Shown here: one piece after another, positions 17,043 through 25,068 of the stretch
Position numbering within the stretch: the first letter of the stretch is position 1
How the letters are laid out: every line of letters starts with the position of its first letter
Translations under genes and position numbers: made by a program
Assembly: GCA_017560565.1 (NCBI GenBank)
Contig: JAFZET010000298.1
Span: 1 to 47,862 of the forward strand
Direction of reading: 5' to 3'
From: Clostridia bacterium
Lineage (GTDB): Bacteria; Bacillota; Clostridia; Oscillospirales; CAG-272
Length of the DNA: 47,862 nucleotides
Notes under the pieces: generated by a model
The model's database searches: none
The model's input: only the letters and a program-made list of their open reading frames with translations
What the model was told of the DNA's origin: nothing

Positions 17043-17093
17043 ACAGAACCTCCCGAAGCAGTACATTCTGCCGAAGGAGGTTCTGTGTTTTTA
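17043..17093. terminator. Bidirectional intrinsic terminator between convergent genes
   Basis: An 11-bp stem ACAGAACCTCC (17043-17053) pairs with GGAGGTTCTGT (17076-17086), with an inner GCAG/CTGC stem. GTTTTTATG follows it, and an A/T-rich run precedes it. Confidence 0.8.
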
Positions 17094-17096
17094 TGT

Positions 17097-17195
17097 TTAT
17101 TCGTGCTCCGCCAGATAAATACCAACCCGGGACTGTACGATATCCGCACACTCCTCTGCCGAAATTGCACCGGCAAGGAAGCGGGACTGTTCTTC
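17097..17195 (-). repeat. Conserved 3'-terminal block shared with the paralog (copy 1)
   Basis: About 80-85% nucleotide identity, counted by eye over 99 nt, with 19456..19554. It encodes (F/Y)LAGAISAEECADIVQSRVGIYLAEH. Confidence 0.7.
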
Positions 17196-19370
17196 GTTGA
17201 CGATCTTTCGGATATCTGTCGGTACGGATGCCGTGTACCCGGCGGTTTCATACAGATGCCGTATCTGCGGAAACAGTGTATCGGTAAGATCAAATACCAC
17301 AGTGTCCGCTGTTTCTGTCAGTCCTTTGCCGAAGTTTGTCTGCCCTGTCTGACGGTATATCGACATCTGATACCCTTCCATGGATGCCAGATACTGCATA
17401 TACGGTTCTGTCAGGGAAGTGAACGGATACTGATCCGGGAACTGCGCTGTCTGCCCGTCCAGTGCCGATATCTCCTGCAGGATGGCGTCTTCTATAAATT
17501 CCCACGCAAGAGCCGGATCCCGGCAGGTGGAGGGGATGGAGAAGCTCTTACCGGAGTAGAGTACCAGCACACCGCTTGCTTCCGTGGAGGGATATCCGAT
17601 CAGTGTGATATCCGTATCTGCCAGCGCTCCGCAGATGTTCAGCATCGTATCCAGATTCCGGAAAGATGACCCGCCGCCGTATTCGTTGTTGTACAGCTTG
17701 ATCTTTCCGTTGTAGTACAGGTTTTCATCCCCCGCCTGCACGATAAGTTGATCCGTTTCCCCGGCGATCACCTGCTCCATGGTGTTGATCCCGTGGTCGA
17801 AATACTCCTGCCCTTCCGCAGGCAGACCGGCAAGAAACGCCAGATACCGCAGATACAGGGGATCTTCAAAGCACGCCTGTCCGTCCCGGAGGAAAAAGCT
17901 GTTGACACGGTTATTGAACAGGACATAATCCGCATTGTCACGGGACAGGTATTCCATCAGGTATTCTCCGTCCTCCAGCTCTTCCGCAAAATCCAGAAAG
18001 GTTTCCAGATCCCAGTGGGTCATGCCGCCCAGGGCTTCCGTTTTTCCGGCAGGGGAGGAGAACGTGATAAACGAACCCAAAGTATGCAGCTGTCCGTCTT
18101 TTTCATAGCTGTTTTTCACGCAGGGCGCAATGTCCTCCGGGCGGATCTCTCCGGTCATCAGAGGATACAGGTCTATGGGCGAGAAGGTCTTGTCAATCAG
18201 AATATCCGCCTGCAGAAGTCCTGTGTGCAGATCCAGATCGAGCCGGTCGTACCCCGCCATGGCATCCTCGTCTGTGTTGTACCTGCTGTATGTGACCAGT
18301 TTGATATACGCATCCGTATGGGTACGGTTGAACCGGAGAACCGCATCCTCCACCACCGCACCGGCTTCATAACAGGCCAGTGTCAGGACAGTCATCTGCG
18401 ACAGATCCTTATCCGGTGCTTTTTCCACAAGCATCATTTCTTCTTCGGGGGTTTCAAAATTGTTATATCGATTGTAAGCGGCTGTTCTCACGGTATACTG
18501 CTCTCTGCCCGGCAGTTTTTGGATGCTTCGGACATTGCTGCCGTTTATCCCGGAGGAAGCAAACTGCAGAACCGTTTCCACCGCCGCATCTTCTCTGCCG
18601 TATTCCCAGCGATACACACCGGCACTGTTATTCCAGCCATACAGAAATCCGTCCTCACAGGCAATCATCCGGCTTCCGTTTATCATATTCTGAGAAGAAG
18701 CGATCTCCCCCGGAAGATACCAGCTTTCCACGGCGGCACCATCTTCCCATTTTTCCAGTTTCCAGACAGTCTCTCCCTCATCCCGTACAGTGGTGACGAT
18801 CCAGACGGTATCCCCTTCCACTGCCAGTGCATCAAAAGCCTTGGGAAGCTCCCACTGTGCGGCAACGGTCAGGTCTTCCGACAGCAGGGTACACTGTTTG
18901 TCCCAGCCTGCCGCAAGTCCGTTTTCCGTTTCCACCAGAATCCGTTTGGCGAAATCCGAAGGACGGTCAGGGCGGATGATATCCCAGTCTGCTGAAGCGA
19001 TCACATTTCCGTCCCAGCCGATGTGATACAGCGTTTCCTCCGCCAGCATATAGATGCCTCTGTTACCCACAGCAGAAGGCGCACTGAAAGCACCCATGTC
19101 CAGCGGGGTTTCTTCCAGAATATTTCCTTCCCCGTCCAGTTCCAGAATACGGAACCAGACCTCCGCTTCCTCCTCCCCGGTCAGTACCTCATAATCCAGA
19201 GAGGTGTCCCTGTAATCCACTGCATAATAGCCGTCTTCCCGTTCCCATACCGCCGTGTAGTCTGCCTCCCAGACGGGCGTGTATATGCCGGTCAGAATTT
19301 CCGGATCCGCTTCCTTTCCGCAGCCGGTCAGACAGAACGCCAGTATCAGCAGAAACCATAGTCTTTTCAT
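17097..19370 (-). CDS. Large lipoprotein (757 aa): N-terminal domain of unknown fold fused to a C-terminal solute-binding-protein-like domain
   Basis: Start at ATG 19370 after GGGAGAG. Lipobox MKRLWFLLILAFCLTGC|GKE. The C-terminal roughly 420 aa look like a family-1 SBP (LTVLTLACYE...RFNRTHTDAYIKLVTY...LLQADIL). It is a paralog of 19456..21726. Confidence 0.75.
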   Translation of the reverse strand: MKRLWFLLILAFCLTGCGKEADPEILTGIYTPVWEADYTAVWEREDGYYAVDYRDTSLDYEVLTGEEEAEVWFRILELDGEGNILEETPLDMGAFSAPSAVGNRGIYMLAEETLYHIGWDGNVIASADWDIIRPDRPSDFAKRILVETENGLAAGWDKQCTLLSEDLTVAAQWELPKAFDALAVEGDTVWIVTTVRDEGETVWKLEKWEDGAAVESWYLPGEIASSQNMINGSRMIACEDGFLYGWNNSAGVYRWEYGREDAAVETVLQFASSGINGSNVRSIQKLPGREQYTVRTAAYNRYNNFETPEEEMMLVEKAPDKDLSQMTVLTLACYEAGAVVEDAVLRFNRTHTDAYIKLVTYSRYNTDEDAMAGYDRLDLDLHTGLLQADILIDKTFSPIDLYPLMTGEIRPEDIAPCVKNSYEKDGQLHTLGSFITFSSPAGKTEALGGMTHWDLETFLDFAEELEDGEYLMEYLSRDNADYVLFNNRVNSFFLRDGQACFEDPLYLRYLAFLAGLPAEGQEYFDHGINTMEQVIAGETDQLIVQAGDENLYYNGKIKLYNNEYGGGSSFRNLDTMLNICGALADTDITLIGYPSTEASGVLVLYSGKSFSIPSTCRDPALAWEFIEDAILQEISALDGQTAQFPDQYPFTSLTEPYMQYLASMEGYQMSIYRQTGQTNFGKGLTETADTVVFDLTDTLFPQIRHLYETAGYTASVPTDIRKIVNEEQSRFLAGAISAEECADIVQSRVGIYLAEHE

Positions 19371-19407
19371 ATATATCTCTCCCGCCCGGATACTTTTATC
19401 CGCATTC

Positions 19408-19436
19408 AGTATACCGGCTTTTCTCATGGATTACAA
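19408..19436 (-). promoter_or_regulatory. SigmaA-type promoter for the downstream lipoprotein gene
   Basis: Minus strand reads TTGTAA (19436-19431), a 17-nt spacer, then TATACT (19413-19408). Confidence 0.5.
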
Positions 19437-19455
19437 TCGTATTTTTGTAAAATGT

Positions 19456-19554
19456 TCATGAATGCTCCGCCAGATAGATCCCCACCCGGGACTGGACAAT
19501 GTCCGCACATTCCTCTGCCGAAATCGCACCGGCAAGATAGCGGGATTCTTCCTC
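19456..19554 (-). repeat. Conserved 3'-terminal block shared with the paralog (copy 2)
   Basis: See 17097..17195. Confidence 0.7.
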
Positions 19555-21726
19555 ATAAGCAATATCTCGGATCTCCCAGTCATAGCCGCCCGGACAGCCC
19601 GCATTTTCGTACAGCCAGCGAAGATTGCAGATCACTGTATCGTTCACTTCATAAATCGCACCGGGCAGACCAAGCCGTGTGCCGTTTTCATCCAGTTCTA
19701 TATTCCATCCGTTGGTTCTTGTACTGCCGTCATAAGACTGAAAACTCTTCCAGCCCCGCATGGATTCCAGATAGTCGTAATACGGCTCTGCCAGTGTAGG
19801 GAAACTGAGATCGCCGATCTGGTGATCCACTTCCGGCGTCTCTGTTGCCGTCAGCAGCAGTTTTTCAATGAATTCCCATGCCAGCGCAGGATCCTGACAG
19901 GTCTGCGGAATGCAGTAAACGCCACTCCAGCCCACACTGACACCATTTCCGGATTGGGTGGGGTATCCGATAAAGGCAAGCTCATCCGTACCGAAGGTGT
20001 GGTATGCGCGCATCATCCGCTGCAGGGAAGTGAAGGTTTCGCTGTCCAGCTTGATCTTTCCGTTGAAATACAGGTTTTCTCCGCCGGATTCCACCACTAC
20101 CTGATCCTCTGTGATCTCGCCAGCAAGAAGGGAGCCAACATTGCTGGAACCGTGATCCATATATTTCTGTCCCTCCACGGGAACAGTGGACAGCCATTTG
20201 AGATACCGGGGGTACAGCGGGTCGGTAAAGTACGCTTTCCCATCCCGGATAAACGGTTCATAAGCTCTGCCGTTGAACAGAGCGAAATAAGAGTATGTCT
20301 GTCCCACATCTTCAATCAGATATTCGCCCTCCGGCAGACTTTCCGCATACTCAAGAAATTCTTCCATTGTCCATCCGGCAAGGGAGGCAACTGTATCCTG
20401 TCTGCCGTAAAGAGTGGAAAACGTGATGGTCGGGGAGATCTCATACAGCTTGCCGTCCGATGCGAACTGGTTCATCACACAGGGGGCAATATCCTCCGGT
20501 TTTACTTCACCGGTCATCATCGGCAGCAGATCCATGGGATTCCATGTGATATTGTACAGCAGATCCGCCTTCACCAGTCCGTTATCCAGTTCCAGATGCA
20601 TTTTCTGGTAGTCATCGTATTCGATAATCTGGATTCTGGCATCCCGATGGGTGCTGTTGAACTCGATTACCATTTCTTCCAGATCATAATTCCATCCCGA
20701 GCATACCAGATTCAGTACCGTCAGCTCCGACAGATCCAGATCCGGTGCAGGCTCATAAAGGGCGACTTTCTCAAAATACCCGCTTCCTTTGGCATACTGT
20801 ACCGAATACAGAGGCGTTTTGCCGGGAATCCGCTGTACGGCACGTACTTTCACCCCGGGAATGGCGGAGTTCTGGAAGGACAGAATGTCTTCATATACCG
20901 GATCTTCCCCATCTGCCGTGAACTGCCACCGGAAAGTCCCGGCAGAATCCCAGCCATACAACCAGCCGTCTTCACAGGCAATCACCGGATTCCAGTTGAA
21001 CGAATTGGGATCCTGCAGCCGTTCCGGCAGGGCACAGATTTCCGTCAGAACGCTGTTTTCCGCTTTGCCAAGTGCACGTCCTTCCTTGGTTTTGTAGGTG
21101 ATCCACAGAATATCGTCCTCTGCGAATACCATATCCCCCTGTCCCGGCAGCTCAATTTCTCCCGCCGGCTGCAGGTCGTTATCCAGCAGGACACAGCGTT
21201 TCCCCCAGACTATGGCAAGACCGTCTTCCGTCTCCGTCAGCGGAATAGGCGAATTCACAGCCGTCAGGGATTCCGGGAGGGTGGTGTTTGCACTGCCGGG
21301 CTTCCACTCCCCTGCCGGAGACAGTGTCATGCTGCCGTCCCAGCCCACCCGGTGCAGTACATACCCCACACCCTGTTCGGAAGAAAGATAAAAGAAATAC
21401 ACACCATTGTCCCCAACGGCAAAGTCATGGATGCTGCGTGTGAACTCCAGCGGTTCTTCAGACAGAATTTCTCCCGTATCGTCTGTCAGTACCATGTGCA
21501 GACCGTGCTCCCGTGCTTCTCCGCTTTTCATGTTGTCGTAATTGTACACATATCCGTATCCATCTCCTGCCGGCCAGATCCCGCTGGAAGACATCAACTG
21601 GTCGTGCTGGCTTTCCACAATGGGGGCATACACATGGGTCAGCCGGTTGGGATCCGCTTCCTCTGTCTCCCGGCATCCCGTCATAAGCAGGCAAAGCCCT
21701 GCCAGTATCCATAAAAACTTCCGCAT
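19456..21726 (-). CDS. Large lipoprotein (755 aa), paralog of 17097..19370: unknown N-terminal domain plus SBP-like C-terminal domain
   Basis: RBS AGGAGG. Lipobox MRKFLWILAGLCLLMTGC|RE. Shared blocks with the paralog include VGWDG, IACEDGWLYGW, MTGEVKPEDIAPCV, ENLYFNGKIKL, DPALAWEFIE and a near-identical C-terminus. Confidence 0.75.
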   Translation of the reverse strand: MRKFLWILAGLCLLMTGCRETEEADPNRLTHVYAPIVESQHDQLMSSSGIWPAGDGYGYVYNYDNMKSGEAREHGLHMVLTDDTGEILSEEPLEFTRSIHDFAVGDNGVYFFYLSSEQGVGYVLHRVGWDGSMTLSPAGEWKPGSANTTLPESLTAVNSPIPLTETEDGLAIVWGKRCVLLDNDLQPAGEIELPGQGDMVFAEDDILWITYKTKEGRALGKAENSVLTEICALPERLQDPNSFNWNPVIACEDGWLYGWDSAGTFRWQFTADGEDPVYEDILSFQNSAIPGVKVRAVQRIPGKTPLYSVQYAKGSGYFEKVALYEPAPDLDLSELTVLNLVCSGWNYDLEEMVIEFNSTHRDARIQIIEYDDYQKMHLELDNGLVKADLLYNITWNPMDLLPMMTGEVKPEDIAPCVMNQFASDGKLYEISPTITFSTLYGRQDTVASLAGWTMEEFLEYAESLPEGEYLIEDVGQTYSYFALFNGRAYEPFIRDGKAYFTDPLYPRYLKWLSTVPVEGQKYMDHGSSNVGSLLAGEITEDQVVVESGGENLYFNGKIKLDSETFTSLQRMMRAYHTFGTDELAFIGYPTQSGNGVSVGWSGVYCIPQTCQDPALAWEFIEKLLLTATETPEVDHQIGDLSFPTLAEPYYDYLESMRGWKSFQSYDGSTRTNGWNIELDENGTRLGLPGAIYEVNDTVICNLRWLYENAGCPGGYDWEIRDIAYEEESRYLAGAISAEECADIVQSRVGIYLAEHS

Positions 21727-21829
21727 AACAAACCTCCTGTCAAGTTTTTGGTTTCACTGTATAGGACAATCAGCGTATGCGTTTTCCCTAAAACCGGATG
21801 TATATTTTTACAGATTTGTCTGAAAGCAC

Positions 21830-21859
21830 AAAAAAACCTCCTGCCGTTTGGGCAGAAGG
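21830..21859 (-). terminator. Intrinsic terminator after the decarboxylase-fold gene
   Basis: Minus strand reads CCTTCTGCC-caaac-GGCAGGAGG, a 9-bp stem with one G-U pair, followed by T7. Confidence 0.8.
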
Positions 21860-21866
21860 TCATGGT

Positions 21867-23198
21867 TTATCGTACAACTGTACAGAATTCGATTCCATAA
21901 TACAGAAGTGCATCGATGGTTTCGGGTGTCAGCCGCTCCCCGCACACCACAATGGGTACAGCGGGAGGACAGCCGGTGTTTGCCTGTGCCAGAATCCGTC
22001 CCGCACAGGATCGGGCAGGCAGGGTTTCCTGGGGGGCAAAGGCGGCTTCTCTGGGGGAGCATACCCGCTCAGGCAGGGAAAACACAGGGGGCGCATCCGG
22101 AATCTGGTTTTTACGTGGCAGAGATAGGAGCGCTGCGGTTAATCTCTCCAGTCCCTCCGCACCGGTTTCGGGGGTCAGCATAGCCACCAGAAAATCCGGA
22201 TCGGCGAATTCGCATTCCATACCGTTTTCCCGCAGGACAGCGGCAAGCTCCGTACCCGTATAGCCGTAGGACTTTGCGGAAATGGTCAGCTTCATTGGCT
22301 CATTACCCACGCAGGCATATCCATGAGCGGTCAGTGCCTTTTGGCATTCTTCCACTCGCTTCACAAACACAGCCAGTGTATCACGGTAATCTTCCGCCAG
22401 ATACCGGTTCACGGCGTCCAGTGACTGCAGGATCAGATAGGACGGACTGGTGGAGCCGAACAGTGCCAGGGCATTTTTGGCTTCCCTGACAAAATACGGG
22501 TCAGCGTTTTGTGCAATATGGAGATAGGCAGCACCGGTCAGGGCAGGCAGGGTCTTGTGGGCGGAAGCACAGCACAGATCTGCGCCAAGATCCATGGGAT
22601 GCATGGATTCCGGCAGAAAATGCAGGTAAGCCCCATGGGCATTGTCCACCAGAAGCAGTGCTCCGTGGGCATGACAGACCCGTGCGATCCCGGCAATATC
22701 GGCGCAGTTTCCCAGATAATCGGGGTTTGTCAGATATACGGCAAAGGCGGCGGTTTCCGTCAGGGCACGATCCACTTCTTCCGGTGTCAGCAGGCAGGAA
22801 AGATAGGAATCCGGCGTTTCCGGAGTCAGCCAGACAGGTTCAAAATCCAGCAGTATGGCGGCGGTGAGAAAGGTTTTATGTGCGTTTCTCCCAGCGGCGA
22901 TCACCGGCTGTTTCCCCTGTTCCCGGGCATAACCGCAGACCAGCCGGAGCATGGCACGGATGCACTGGGAGGAGCCTTCCGTGGAATAGAATGTTGGACA
23001 GCCGAACAGGGAAGAAGCGTTGTCTTCACTTTCCCGGATGATGGAGTCCGCCTCATACAGGCTGTCAGCCCCTGCGATCTCCGTCAGATCCAGTTCTTCC
23101 ATCCCCAGAAGGGCTTTCCCTTTGTGTCCGGGCATATGGAGGCGCAGAGTACGGCTCTCCTGATATTCCCTGACAAAATCATATATGGGGGTGTTCAT
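21867..23198 (-). CDS. PLP-dependent Orn/Lys/Arg decarboxylase-fold enzyme (start uncertain: 23198, 23210 or further upstream)
   Basis: N-terminal RLHMPGHKG motif and PLP-lysine context CCASAHKTLPALTG, both typical of the Orn/Lys/Arg decarboxylase major domain. None of the in-frame starts has a good RBS, and every one of them overlaps the 3' end of the maturase gene. Confidence 0.75.
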   Translation of the reverse strand: MNTPIYDFVREYQESRTLRLHMPGHKGKALLGMEELDLTEIAGADSLYEADSIIRESEDNASSLFGCPTFYSTEGSSQCIRAMLRLVCGYAREQGKQPVIAAGRNAHKTFLTAAILLDFEPVWLTPETPDSYLSCLLTPEEVDRALTETAAFAVYLTNPDYLGNCADIAGIARVCHAHGALLLVDNAHGAYLHFLPESMHPMDLGADLCCASAHKTLPALTGAAYLHIAQNADPYFVREAKNALALFGSTSPSYLILQSLDAVNRYLAEDYRDTLAVFVKRVEECQKALTAHGYACVGNEPMKLTISAKSYGYTGTELAAVLRENGMECEFADPDFLVAMLTPETGAEGLERLTAALLSLPRKNQIPDAPPVFSLPERVCSPREAAFAPQETLPARSCAGRILAQANTGCPPAVPIVVCGERLTPETIDALLYYGIEFCTVVR

Positions 23199-24657
23199 AA
23201 AAGGTATCATCGGCGCAGGATTCACAGTCGCCGCAGTCACTGCAGTCGGTATCGGCATTTCCGGTGTCTTCGTTTGCAAACTCCCGGGTAACGGCTACCA
23301 GAATGGCGCATTCCATCCGTTTGCGGAACAGGTCGCATCCTGCCTTGTAGATTCCCTTGACGGAACCGGTAGCGTGGTACGCATTGGCAGCACATCCGCC
23401 GGAGCAGTACAGCCGTGCCCAGCAGTCTTTGCACTCGGGACGGGCGTATACGTTGCAGGAAAGAAATTCTTTCTGAATATCGGTGTTCTGTACGCCGTCA
23501 AAAACATTGCCCAGCAGGTATTTTTCATCTCCCACAAACTGGTGGCAGGGATACAGATCGCCCCAGGGGGTAACAGCCATGTATTCCGTACCGGAACCGC
23601 AGCCGGAGATCCGCTTGTAGATACAGGGACCGCCGAACAGATCGATCATGTAGTGGTAGAAGGTGAAAGGACGTCCTTCCTTATCCCGTTCAATCATCAG
23701 CTCTGCCAGCTGTTCATACTGCTCCATGACGATGGCAATGTCCTCCGGTGTCAGTTCAGAGGGATCCCCTGCCGCACAGACAACCGGTTCCATGCTCAGT
23801 TCGGTAAAGCCCAGATCCAGCATGGTTTTGATATCGGCAAGGAAATCGGGATTGGCATGGGTGAAGGTGCCCCGCATATAGTAGGTACGGTCCGGCAGAC
23901 CTTCTCTGGATTTCACCAGCTTCTGGAACTTGGGAACGATCTTTTCCCAGCTGCCCTTGCCGTTATAGTCCACCCGGAACCGGTCGTGGATCTCTTTCCG
24001 ACCGTCCAGGGACAGCACCACGTTGCTCATTTCCCGGTTGGCAAAATCGATCACATCATCATCGATCAGCACGCCGTTGGTGGTCAGGGTGAAGCGGAAA
24101 TTCTTGTTGTGGATCTTTTCGATTTCTCTGGCATAGGCAACCAGCCGCTTAACCACATCAAAGTTCATCAGCGGTTCGCCGCCGAAAAAGTCCACTTCCA
24201 GATTGTGCCGTGTTCCGGAATTGGCAACCAGGAAATCCAGAGCCTGTTTTCCCACTTCGTAGGACATAACGGCTCTTTCTCCGTGGTACTTGCCCTGGCT
24301 GGCAAAGCAGTAGGAGCAGTTCAGGTTGCAGGTGTGTGCAATGTGCAGGCAGAGAGCCTTGACTACGCCGGCGGTCTTTTCTTTCAGATATCCGGCCATT
24401 TCCTCAAAGGTATCCGGTGCAAACAGTTCTCCGTTGTCCCGCAGTTCTTCGATCTGGCCGTAGCACTCCTCAATGTCGGCAGCGGTGATTCCTTCCTGTC
24501 CGGCATATTTTTCGTGCATGGCGGCAAGCACATCGGCTTTGGTATGTTCTTCAAACATGGCGATAATGTCATACGCCACATCGTCCACTACGTGTACAGC
24601 ACCGGAGCAGATGTCCAGTACGATGTTGTACCCGCCCAGTTTATACTGATGAATCAT
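23179..24657 (-). CDS. scfB: Radical SAM/SPASM thioether-forming SCIFF peptide maturase
   Basis: Characteristic N-terminus MIHQYKLGGYNIVLDICSGAVHVVDD. Radical SAM box CNLNCSYCF. C-terminal SPASM-type Cys clusters (CGSG...C, CxxC, CSGGC). It lies directly downstream of the SCIFF precursor ORF. Confidence 0.9.
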   Translation of the reverse strand: MIHQYKLGGYNIVLDICSGAVHVVDDVAYDIIAMFEEHTKADVLAAMHEKYAGQEGITAADIEECYGQIEELRDNGELFAPDTFEEMAGYLKEKTAGVVKALCLHIAHTCNLNCSYCFASQGKYHGERAVMSYEVGKQALDFLVANSGTRHNLEVDFFGGEPLMNFDVVKRLVAYAREIEKIHNKNFRFTLTTNGVLIDDDVIDFANREMSNVVLSLDGRKEIHDRFRVDYNGKGSWEKIVPKFQKLVKSREGLPDRTYYMRGTFTHANPDFLADIKTMLDLGFTELSMEPVVCAAGDPSELTPEDIAIVMEQYEQLAELMIERDKEGRPFTFYHYMIDLFGGPCIYKRISGCGSGTEYMAVTPWGDLYPCHQFVGDEKYLLGNVFDGVQNTDIQKEFLSCNVYARPECKDCWARLYCSGGCAANAYHATGSVKGIYKAGCDLFRKRMECAILVAVTREFANEDTGNADTDCSDCGDCESCADDTFYEHPHI

Positions 24658-24692
24658 GTTATTCTGTCCCTTCGATCAGGTGTATATATGAT

Positions 24693-24719
24693 GAAAAAAT
24701 GCCGCCGTTTTCTGGCGAC
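24693..24719 (-). terminator. Hairpin plus T-run between precursor and maturase (candidate partial terminator/attenuator)
   Basis: Minus strand reads GTCGCC-agaaaac-GGCGGC, a 6-bp stem with one G-U pair, followed by ATTTTTTCAT. It sits in the 72-nt gap between scfA and scfB. Confidence 0.45.
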
Positions 24720-24729
24720 ATTTCCGGAA

Positions 24730-24888
24730 TTACTTGGATTCCTTTGCGGTCTTGTTTTCGCACTTCTGATTGGCGATGCCGCAGCTGGTCTTGCAGGCGG
24801 ACTGGCAGGAGGTCTGGCATTCGCCGCAGCCACCCTTCTTTACGCTGGCATTCAGGTTACGGGTCTTCAGAGTCTTGATATGTTCCAT
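24730..24888 (-). CDS. scfA: SCIFF (six cysteines in forty-five residues) ribosomal peptide precursor, 52 aa
   Basis: ATG at 24888 lies 7 nt after GGAGG. Translation is MEHIKTLKTRNLNASVKKGGCGECQTSCQSACKTSCGIANQKCENKTAKESK. The GGCGECQTSCQSACKTSC core with six Cys is the SCIFF family signature. It is not in the ORF track because it is shorter than 60 aa. Confidence 0.9.
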   Translation of the reverse strand: MEHIKTLKTRNLNASVKKGGCGECQTSCQSACKTSCGIANQKCENKTAKESK

Positions 24889-24926
24889 GGTATGAACCTC
24901 CGTTTATGGGATTTATATACCTTGTT

Positions 24927-24955
24927 ATTATAGCATACTCCCCGCCGGTTGTCAA
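24927..24955 (-). promoter_or_regulatory. SigmaA-type promoter for scfA-scfB
   Basis: Minus strand reads TTGACA (24955-24950), a 17-nt spacer, then TATAAT (24932-24927). Confidence 0.6.
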
Positions 24956-25010
24956 TCATTTTTCGGGGAGTTTTTTCTTTTCTTTATACAGGTTCAGGCA
25001 TAATTTTTTC

Positions 25011-25039
25011 TTGACAGAAGCAGGAGAATATGGTATTAT
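25011..25039 (+). promoter_or_regulatory. SigmaA-type promoter for the SBP-like lipoprotein/Nudix unit
   Basis: TTGACA (25011-25016), a 17-nt spacer, then TATTAT (25034-25039) with an extended -10 TGG. Confidence 0.6.
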
Positions 25040-25068
25040 GTAAATAGAATAAAGAAAGGGGAAATCGT

